Shown: positions 1-6,730 of the stretch, piece after piece
Numbering within the stretch: the stretch's first letter is position 1
Layout of the letters: every line of letters begins with the position of its first letter
Assembly: GCA_011051075.1 (NCBI GenBank)
Contig: DREN01000381.1
Location: forward strand, 1 to 27,690
From: Deltaproteobacteria bacterium
GTDB lineage: Bacteria; Desulfobacterota; DSM-4660; Desulfatiglandales; Desulfatiglandaceae
DNA: 27,690 nucleotides
Direction: 5' to 3'
The notes under the pieces: generated by a model
The model's input: only the letters and a program-made list of their open reading frames with translations
Database searches by the model: none
What the model was told of the DNA's origin: nothing
Made by a program: the position numbers and the translations under genes

Positions 1-2
1 CC

Positions 3-623
3 ATATTATCAGAGCTGAAGGAGAAGGGCGATTTGCATCCATCGGAATCTCTGTCAGAGCTCGAGGAATCGATAGATCAAATTGATCTCCAAATCAGTCG
101 CTGTGCTGTGATTACGCAGTCCATCCTCAAGTTCGGCAGGCAGAGCGAGCCTGTGGTTGAGGACATAGCGCTTCAGAAATACATCCCTGAAATAACCGGC
201 ATGGTGGAAAAGAAGGCGGCCGTCCATGGGATTGCCCTGAGGCAGGAGGTTTCAGAAGAGACACCACCGGTTCACGGGGATCGCGGGCAACTGCAGCAGG
301 TCATGCTTAATCTCTATAACAATGCCATTGACGCTATTACGGCAAGGCATGGCGCTAAAGGAGGAGAATTGGTCGTAGGAGCCAAGGCAAAAGACGATGG
401 AAGGGTTGAAATTTTCGTCAGGGATAATGGGAGCGGGATCAGCCCTGAAGACCGGAAGAAGATCTTCAGCCCGTTCTTTACCACCAAGCCGGTAGGAAAG
501 GGAACAGGATTGGGACTCTCCGTGTGTTACGGCATCATAGACAGGATGGGTGGCATCATGGAGGTGGAGAGCGAGAAAGGCGTTGGCTCGACCTTTAAGC
601 TGATTTTGCCGGCAGCCAAGTAA
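3..623 (+). CDS. Sensor histidine kinase, C-terminal part (HATPase_c); 5'-truncated by the window edge
   Basis: The frame is open from base 3, so the TTG at 33 is probably not the start. N box QLQQVMLNLYNNAIDA, G1 DNGSGI, F box IFSPFFTTK, G2 GKGTGLGL. Confidence 0.95.
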   Translation: MLSELKEKGDLHPSESLSELEESIDQIDLQISRCAVITQSILKFGRQSEPVVEDIALQKYIPEITGMVEKKAAVHGIALRQEVSEETPPVHGDRGQLQQVMLNLYNNAIDAITARHGAKGGELVVGAKAKDDGRVEIFVRDNGSGISPEDRKKIFSPFFTTKPVGKGTGLGLSVCYGIIDRMGGIMEVESEKGVGSTFKLILPAAK

Positions 624-641
624 ACGCCGATCAACCATAGC

Positions 642-673
642 ATTTCGGATTGCCGATTTCAGATTGCGGATTT
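642..673 (+). repeat. Degenerate heptamer tandem tract, consensus ATT(T/G)C(G/A/C)G
   Basis: ATTTCGG ATTGCCG ATTTCAG ATTGCGG ATTT, read directly. Confidence 0.8.
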
Positions 674-703
674 AAACAAACACAAATCTTAGGAGTAAAT
701 CAG

Positions 704-751
704 ATGCTTAGAGATGTGCTGTTCTTGGGAGTTGTGAAAATATTTGTTTAA
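704..751 (+). other. Candidate 15-aa hydrophobic micro-ORF (MLRDVLFLGVVKIFV)
   Basis: AGGAG at 691-695, ATG at 704, TAA at 749-751. No homology evidence. Confidence 0.25.
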
Positions 752-827
752 GAAGCTATAGGTTATCCGGCGCCTGCTGCCGACCACTCAACTATTCAAC
801 TGCTTGACCAGAATTGAGGAGGAAAAA

Positions 828-1280
828 ATGGAAAAAATGAAGATGTTGCTGGTGGATGATGAGGAGAGATTTCTCTCCACCACCAAGAAACTGCTTTCGA
901 GGAAGGGTTATGACGTCCTCACCGCAAGTAGCGGGGTCGAGGCCTTAGAAATATTGAGAACTCACAACATCCACGTGGTGATCTTAGACGTAAAAATGCC
1001 GGGGATGGATGGTATTGAGACCCTGAAGGCGATCAAGCGGACTTATCCGCTGGTTGAGGTCATTATGCTGACCGGTCATGGTACGATTGACTCTGCGGTT
1101 GAAGGTCTGAAGTCCGGTGCAACAGATTACCTGACCAAGCCCGCCGATGTACAGGATCTTATCGAAAAGGCGGAAGAGGCATTCGAAAAGAGGCAGATGT
1201 TGGAGGACAAGATACGTGTGGCCCAGAGCCGCGCCATCGGCAAGTCTGCGCGGGAGATATTAAGGGAGACCGGGGCCTGA
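828..1280 (+). CDS. Single-domain response regulator (receiver domain plus ~30-aa helical tail)
   Basis: LLVDDE, ILDVKMPGMDG (phospho-acceptor Asp), MLTGHG, YLTKP. GAGGAGG precedes ATG 828, which I prefer over TTG 804. Confidence 0.93.
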   Translation: MEKMKMLLVDDEERFLSTTKKLLSRKGYDVLTASSGVEALEILRTHNIHVVILDVKMPGMDGIETLKAIKRTYPLVEVIMLTGHGTIDSAVEGLKSGATDYLTKPADVQDLIEKAEEAFEKRQMLEDKIRVAQSRAIGKSAREILRETGA

Positions 1281-1317
1281 TCGGGAAGTGCCTAAAGTTT
1301 AAAAATGCCTAAAGTTT

Positions 1318-1448
1318 GATGAACTCGTAAAAGTCAGAAAGCACCCGTTATTGTCATTCCCGTGAAAACGGGAATCCAGGAAAATAGACTGCTTATGGAC
1401 TCCCGCTTTCGCGGGAGTGACGGCCTTGAGGCTTTTTACGAGGTCATC
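1318..1448. mobile_element. 131-bp MITE-like element (copy 1) with REP-like cargo
   Basis: Left end GATGAACTCGTAAAAGTC; right end (reverse complement) GATGACCTCGTAAAAAGCC. Flanked by the 7-bp direct repeat AAAGTTT (1311-1317 and 1449-1455). No transposase. Confidence 0.8.
1353..1421. repeat. Inverted pair of REP-like hairpins
   Basis: GTCATTCCCGTGAAAACGGGAATCCA (1353-1378) faces TGGACTCCCGCTTTCGCGGGAGTGAC (1396-1421). Each has an A(T/C)TCCC-N8-GGGA(A/G)T palindrome. Confidence 0.85.
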
Positions 1449-1488
1449 AAAGTTTGAAGTCACTAAAGTTGTAATTCCGAGGGCTAAA

Positions 1489-1515
1489 CGATCCAAAATC
1501 TAAAATCCGCAATCC
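1489..1515 (-). repeat. Inverted copy of the 642-673 heptamer tract
   Basis: The reverse complement reads GG ATTGCGG ATTTTAG ATTTTGG ATCG. Confidence 0.7.
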
Positions 1516-1533
1516 TAAGGGGGGGTGCATTGA

Positions 1534-2439
1534 ATGGCGAAGAAGATAAAGGTTTTGATGGTAGATGACGAAGAGCAGTTTCGTGCTACAACGTCGAAGA
1601 TACTTACCAGAAGGGGTTATGAAACAACGGTGGCGGAGAGCGGCGAAGAGGCCGTTGAGGTCCTGAAAAAATCGCCGCAGGACGTGGTGATCCTGGATAT
1701 CAGGATGCCTGGGATGGACGGGCACGAGGCCCTGGCCCACATCAAGAAGATAGACCCGGATGTGCAGGTCATTATGCTGACGGGGCACGGCGGGGGTGAG
1801 TCGGCAAGGGAATCATTGGAACACGGGGCCTTTGATTATCTAAACAAACCGTGTGACATAGAACTGCTTTCCCTAAAGATTAATGACGCCTATGACGCGG
1901 CCCGGGAGGGCTTCAGGGAAGAGAAAAGGGCCGGGGATATTATGATCCCGATCGAGGAATATACCACCATCGATCCTGACAGCACGATTAAAGAAGGGAT
2001 TGAGAGATTGAAGAGGTCTTTTGAAAGCGCTGTCTCCACCAGCCGGATCATGGAGACCGGGCATCGCTCCATATTGGTCTTCGAACAAACCGGAGAACTG
2101 GTTGGAATTCTGAGTATCCTCGACCTGATCGAGGCGGTGCGTCCGGCTTACCTCTCAGCGCCGAAACCATCCATGGCCGACAGTATGCAATACTCGCCCA
2201 TGTTCTGGTCGGGGCTATTTACCACCCAGGCCAAAGGGCTTGTGGACAAGAAAATTAGAGAAGTGATGTCTGATGCGCCTCTCAGCATAGATCAGGACAC
2301 GAATCTCATGGAGATCGCCAACCTTATCTTTACTGCAAAGAGCAGGCGGACGGCCGTTACCCGAGAGGGGAAGGTAGTCGGCGTGGTGAGGGAACAGGAG
2401 CTTTTTTTCGAGATGGCCAAGATCATATTGAAGGCCTGA
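1534..2439 (+). CDS. Response regulator with N-terminal receiver and C-terminal tandem CBS domains
   Basis: Receiver motifs LMVDDE, ILDIRMPGMDG, YLNKP. CBS-like motifs AGDIMIP..TIDPDSTIKE, HRSILV..LVGILSILDL, IREVMSD.PLSIDQD, VVGVVREQELF. Confidence 0.88.
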   Translation: MAKKIKVLMVDDEEQFRATTSKILTRRGYETTVAESGEEAVEVLKKSPQDVVILDIRMPGMDGHEALAHIKKIDPDVQVIMLTGHGGGESARESLEHGAFDYLNKPCDIELLSLKINDAYDAAREGFREEKRAGDIMIPIEEYTTIDPDSTIKEGIERLKRSFESAVSTSRIMETGHRSILVFEQTGELVGILSILDLIEAVRPAYLSAPKPSMADSMQYSPMFWSGLFTTQAKGLVDKKIREVMSDAPLSIDQDTNLMEIANLIFTAKSRRTAVTREGKVVGVVREQELFFEMAKIILKA

Positions 2440-2516
2440 ACACCATGCTGGGGTTCATTGGGTCGTGACAGGAATGGCCGACAATTCAATTATATCATAA
2501 GAAGTGAGGTGAAAAA

Positions 2517-4367
2517 ATGGCCAAAGCAAAACCGAAAGCCACCGGGTATGACAAATATGTAAACTGGAAGCTCTTCTTTATCCCAGTCGTTCTATTCTTT
2601 GCTATTCTGATTTTGCCGACCCCGTACGGGATGAAGGATGTGGGGACCGAGATCCAGGTGGGACCGACCGCGGTGGTTAATCTCATTACAACCGAGCTGT
2701 TTGGCGAAAAGAGTTCGGATGCCTCTCAATGGGAACTCCTTACCGCCCAGATCATGGAAAGGAACATGAGGATGGGGGCCCTTTCCAAGGATCGTTTTCT
2801 AAAAAGAGACCTCAAGTGGTGCAAGAAATACAAGATCCAGGCGGATTCCGAAAACCTAAAGAGAGCGCATTCCTTTATCAAGGAGAATGTCAGCGATGAG
2901 GCCTTTGTGGACCTCATGAACAGGTCCATGGAACTCAGGAAGGAAGGCCTCAAATATGAGAACCTGACCGGAAAGGAGCGGAAAGCGGCGGACAAGGGGG
3001 CATGGCATATCAAGGTCGCTATTGCCATGATGGTATTTGTGGTCTTTTGCTTTATGACGGAGTGCATCCCCCTGCCGGGCGTTGCGTTCTGTATCGGGCT
3101 TATCCTCGTGTTCACCGGTGTGGTAACCAGAAAATATGTGGCCATGCTCTACTGGTCCGACGCCTGCTGGTTTATCATGGGGAGCCTCATGTTTGCCGCT
3201 GCATTTGTCAAGACAGGGGTGGACAAGAGGATGTGTCTCATGATGTTCAAAAAATTGGCAGTGCCGAACATAAAATGGGTCACCCTTATCTTCTTTATTA
3301 TAATTGCTCCCTTAGCCGCCTTTATCTCGGACCATGCCCTGGCCGCCATGTTCCTTCCCATCGGGATGCTCCTTTACCAGAACAGCCTCACCGACGAGGT
3401 CCCCGAGGACAAGGAACTGGCCAAGATGTTGATGATAGCCATTGCCATGGCCTGTAACATCGGCGGCCCTGGCGCCCCCTCGGGCGGCGCCAGGAACGTG
3501 ATCATGATGACCTATCTGAATGATATGTTCGGTTTTGATATCGGCTACTTTCAGTGGGTCACCTATTGTTTCCCGTTTATCCTGGTGATGATCCCGGTAA
3601 CATGGTTCATAGTAAACTGGCGGTTCAGACCCCGGATCACCTCGCTTGCCCCTGCCATGACACATCTCCAAAACGAGATCGGGAAGATGGGTAAATGGAA
3701 CAGCAAGCAGATATGGGCGCTGATTATTTTTGTCATCATGGTGTACGGGTGGTTTACGGAAAAGGTCTTCTACAATATGGGTATCTATCCGGTTCGTCTC
3801 GGTATCGGCGTAATAGCCGTTGCGGGCGCCGTTGCCTACCTCCTGGCAGGCGTGGTCAACTGGAGGGACTACCAGGAAAAGGTGGACTGGGGCGTGGTCT
3901 GGCTCTATGCCGGCGCCATCATATTCGGTCGCACATTGGACGATACAGGAGCCGCTTACTGGCTGGCAAGATCGGTGATCGACGGCCTTACCCCGCTGGG
4001 CATGGATTCTGGACTCCCTCTCATGGCCACCTCAAACGGTCTCACTGCAGTGCTTACCAATCTCATGGCCGACGGACCCGCTGCCGCGGCAGTAGGCCCC
4101 ATCACCCTCAACATGGCGGGTCTTGTCCATCCGGGAACAACCTATCTCCCGTTCATGGCCATGGGCACGGCCATAGCCTCATCCTTTGCATATTGCCTGA
4201 TCATCGGGACGCCTCCGAACGCCATTGTCTATGCAAGCGGGTACCTTGAGCCCAAGGATTATCTCAGGGTGGGCATACCCATGTGGTTTTTTGCCAACAT
4301 CCTTATTGTCCTGCTCACTGCCGTATACTGGAGCACCAGAGGTTTTGGCAGGCTGCCCGGGTTTTGA
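2517..4367 (+). CDS. DASS/SLC13-family (ion transporter superfamily) permease with a large N-terminal soluble insertion
   Basis: Many hydrophobic helices; TECIPL, MGSLMFAAAFVKTGVDKR, ACNIGGPGAPSGGARN, VDWGVVWLYAG, LIIGTPPNAIV. RBS GAGGTG. Confidence 0.88.
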   Translation: MAKAKPKATGYDKYVNWKLFFIPVVLFFAILILPTPYGMKDVGTEIQVGPTAVVNLITTELFGEKSSDASQWELLTAQIMERNMRMGALSKDRFLKRDLKWCKKYKIQADSENLKRAHSFIKENVSDEAFVDLMNRSMELRKEGLKYENLTGKERKAADKGAWHIKVAIAMMVFVVFCFMTECIPLPGVAFCIGLILVFTGVVTRKYVAMLYWSDACWFIMGSLMFAAAFVKTGVDKRMCLMMFKKLAVPNIKWVTLIFFIIIAPLAAFISDHALAAMFLPIGMLLYQNSLTDEVPEDKELAKMLMIAIAMACNIGGPGAPSGGARNVIMMTYLNDMFGFDIGYFQWVTYCFPFILVMIPVTWFIVNWRFRPRITSLAPAMTHLQNEIGKMGKWNSKQIWALIIFVIMVYGWFTEKVFYNMGIYPVRLGIGVIAVAGAVAYLLAGVVNWRDYQEKVDWGVVWLYAGAIIFGRTLDDTGAAYWLARSVIDGLTPLGMDSGLPLMATSNGLTAVLTNLMADGPAAAAVGPITLNMAGLVHPGTTYLPFMAMGTAIASSFAYCLIIGTPPNAIVYASGYLEPKDYLRVGIPMWFFANILIVLLTAVYWSTRGFGRLPGF

Positions 4368-4373
4368 ATTGCC

Positions 4374-4408
4374 AGGGGTTAGAGGTTGGAAGTCAGAAGC
4401 CGGAAGGC
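4374..4408 (+). repeat. Degenerate heptamer tandem tract
   Basis: AGGGGTT AGAGGTT GGAAGTC AGAAGCC GGAAGGC. Confidence 0.6.
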
Positions 4409-4425
4409 GAAGAGAGGTTTGAGCC

Positions 4426-4581
4426 ATGCTGAGACTCGATGAGGCTAAGGGCAGAAAGAAGGCCTTCTTTTATTCAAAGGGCGTAACCTATTTCACCAGG
4501 AAAACAGAAAGGACACTGTTTTTTATACTGACAATCATCATGCTCATATGGGGTCTTTTCACAAAATTTGGGATGTTTTGA
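4426..4581 (+). CDS. 51-aa small membrane protein, below the ORF-track length cutoff
   Basis: MLRLDEAKGRKKAFFYSKGVTYFTRKTERTLFFILTIIMLIWGLFTKFGMF: basic N-terminus and one C-terminal TM helix. GAGAGG lies upstream, and the ORF fills the gap between co-oriented genes. Confidence 0.72.
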   Translation: MLRLDEAKGRKKAFFYSKGVTYFTRKTERTLFFILTIIMLIWGLFTKFGMF

Positions 4582-4636
4582 TTTCAGAGTGAGAAGGACT
4601 GACAGTTACATTGTTTTCGAGTAGGCGGGACTACTG

Positions 4637-5221
4637 ATGTCAAAGGGCAAAGGCCCAAATCAGTCGGCGGTCATCACTCGCCGATCATCAATCAACAATC
4701 GTTTCACCTTTACGTTCTACTTCCAGGCATTGACGAGGATGTTGAGTTCGCCGAGTCGGTTTTTTGGCGAACTGCCCGGCCGGACCGGTTTCCGGCAGCC
4801 CGTCGGCTTCCTGATCATATCCGGTCTCTTCTCAGCCAGTGCAAGCCTGACCACCATTGATGAGAACCAGGTCCTTATGGGAGGGATACTGCTGGTGAAT
4901 GCGGTTGGTATGCCTCTTGTGACTGCCGGCATAGGTTTTCTGGTCATGACCATGACCATGGGAAAGAGGGTGACTTTTCAAAGGCTCTTCTCGGTATATG
5001 CCTATGCAGCCGGCGTCACCCTGCTGGCCTCCTGGATTCCCCTCTTTGTCTGGCTCACCGAGCCCTGGAAGTGGGCGCTCGTTGTGGTGGGAATGGCTAA
5101 AGGATGTGGATTCAGATGGATGGAGGCGATCTTGGTTGTGGGATCATCAATTCTTATAGTGGACCTGTTCTTCTGGTCCCTTGGACCTGTGATCGTTGGT
5201 TTAAGGGGCCTGATGGGATAA
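4637..5221 (+). CDS. Yip1-domain integral membrane protein
   Basis: MLSSPSRFF start motif, about 5 hydrophobic segments, TFQRLFSVYAYA and LASWIP motifs typical of bacterial Yip1-family proteins. Confidence 0.7.
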   Translation: MSKGKGPNQSAVITRRSSINNRFTFTFYFQALTRMLSSPSRFFGELPGRTGFRQPVGFLIISGLFSASASLTTIDENQVLMGGILLVNAVGMPLVTAGIGFLVMTMTMGKRVTFQRLFSVYAYAAGVTLLASWIPLFVWLTEPWKWALVVVGMAKGCGFRWMEAILVVGSSILIVDLFFWSLGPVIVGLRGLMG

Positions 5222-5278
5222 CAGGAAAACGGGGTTCGGGGTTGCAAATGCTATCTCAAGTTGGGAGGGAAAAGTATC

Positions 5279-6679
5279 ATGAAGGGAAAAATGTGCCCGT
5301 CGGGAGTATCGTTCTTGGCTATCAGTATTATCTTTCTGGTTTTCGGTAAATCTGCGTCAGGCGCAGTAAGTAATGAGGAACTCCTTAAACGGCTCAACGA
5401 CTTGAGTACGACCATTCAGGAACAGCAAAAGGAGATAGAAAAGCTAAGGCAGGAACTGAAAAGGCATGGGGAGTCCATAGACAAGGCAAAGGACGAGCAA
5501 GAAGAAGAGATCAGGAAGCAGGTAGAGGCCGAAACAAAGAAGACGGAAAAGTCGTGGCGTGACAGTCTCCCAAAGTGGACAGAGAGGATCAAGATCTCGG
5601 GCGATCTGAGGCTCCGTTATGAGCGGATCTGGGACAGACACATGTTGACTCAGGATGGGGCCGATGCAAAGCAGGAGGCCCGGGACAGGGGTAGAATCCG
5701 GGCCAGGATCTTTTTGGACGGCAGGATCACGGACGAGCTGAACATACATTTCATGATCTGCACCAACATGGACAGCCATCAGGAGGCCACCACCACCAAC
5801 CAGACCTTTACGGCCGATTTCAACGATAAGTCGATCTATCTCCACAGGGCATACGCCGACTACAGGCCCAACTGGCTTCGGGGATTAGACCTGGGGGCCG
5901 GCAAATTCAGGAAGAACTTCTATCACACCGATATTATCTGGGACCCTGATGTAAATCCCGAAGGTGTGTACGAGATGTACAGGTACGTGGGATCAAAGAT
6001 CTTTCAGCCGTTTATCTACCTGAGCCAGATGGTGGTCAATGAAAACAACACCGCTCCCGATGCCATGCTCTATCTCAATCAGGCGGGCTTCGACTGGAAG
6101 ATCGGGCCGGTTAAATGGACCCTGGCCGGGAGCTATTATAGCTGGAGCAACCTCAATAAATCGAAATGGCTTCACGAGGGAGAATACAAGAAGGGAGGGG
6201 GAAATACATTCATAACGGATAGCGCCGGGAATATCATATACAAATATCAGTATAAGCTCTGGGAAGCCTACACAAATTTCAGATTCAAGGTGGGACCTTA
6301 CCCCGCAAGAGTCTGTTTTAACTACATTCATAACTCGGCAGATGGGGTGCCGAGTAACCAAGCCAACGCCTATTGCGGCTTCTTCAAGATCGGCAGGGAC
6401 AAGAAAAAGGGTGATTACTCCCTCTACTACAAATATGCCTATATAGGCCAAAATGCAGTCGTCGGTTCTCTGAACGACCAGGACTTTTACGGCTCCAACA
6501 GAAAAGGGCACAAGGTCGTACTGAAATACCATCCATTGAAATATACGACCCTCAGAGCGGCCTTTTTCTATACAGACCCGGTAACTACCTGGCAGAAGGA
6601 GGGCAATCCCCTCTGGAACGGCGACCGGTACAAGATGCATGAAGACCGGGTCCAGATGGACTGTATTTTCAAGTTTTAG
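5279..6679 (+). CDS. Putative outer-membrane porin (beta-barrel with N-terminal coiled coil)
   Basis: Signal peptide (..LVFGKSASG|A), heptad-rich segment, IKISGDLRLRYE barrel start, aromatic-rich alternating strands, C-terminal Phe (DCIFKF). GGGAGG precedes ATG 5279. Confidence 0.85.
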   Translation: MKGKMCPSGVSFLAISIIFLVFGKSASGAVSNEELLKRLNDLSTTIQEQQKEIEKLRQELKRHGESIDKAKDEQEEEIRKQVEAETKKTEKSWRDSLPKWTERIKISGDLRLRYERIWDRHMLTQDGADAKQEARDRGRIRARIFLDGRITDELNIHFMICTNMDSHQEATTTNQTFTADFNDKSIYLHRAYADYRPNWLRGLDLGAGKFRKNFYHTDIIWDPDVNPEGVYEMYRYVGSKIFQPFIYLSQMVVNENNTAPDAMLYLNQAGFDWKIGPVKWTLAGSYYSWSNLNKSKWLHEGEYKKGGGNTFITDSAGNIIYKYQYKLWEAYTNFRFKVGPYPARVCFNYIHNSADGVPSNQANAYCGFFKIGRDKKKGDYSLYYKYAYIGQNAVVGSLNDQDFYGSNRKGHKVVLKYHPLKYTTLRAAFFYTDPVTTWQKEGNPLWNGDRYKMHEDRVQMDCIFKF

Positions 6680-6730
6680 AGTGCACCCGGACGGGAACGG
6701 GATCATGCTCAGGCAGAAGATAAGAGAGCT

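Larger units (their letters stand above)
1286..1471 (+). repeat. (G/A)TGCCTAAAGTT-type degenerate tandem tract, interrupted by the element at 1318-1448
   Basis: aagtgcctaaagtttaaaaatgcctaaagttt on the left and aaagtttgaagtcactaaagttg on the right. Confidence 0.7.

Noticed and set aside
786-801. ACTCAACT-ATTCAACT tandem
   Set aside because: Only two 8-bp units; could be chance, although it resembles the other short tracts.
1356-1375. Exact match to the Neisseria dRS3 pattern ATTCCC-N8-GGGAAT
   Set aside because: The pattern match is real, but similar palindromes are widespread; it is not evidence of transfer from Neisseria or of a phage attachment site.
1299-1788. Minus-strand ORFs 1299-1496 and 1447-1788 over the MITE
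   Set aside because: They are translations of the repeat element and the antisense of the receiver gene; no transposase motifs.
5230-5247. GG-N10-GC spacing upstream of the porin gene (and two similar spacings upstream of nadE) as sigma54 promoters
   Set aside because: Only the minimal dinucleotides match; the TGGCAC block is absent.
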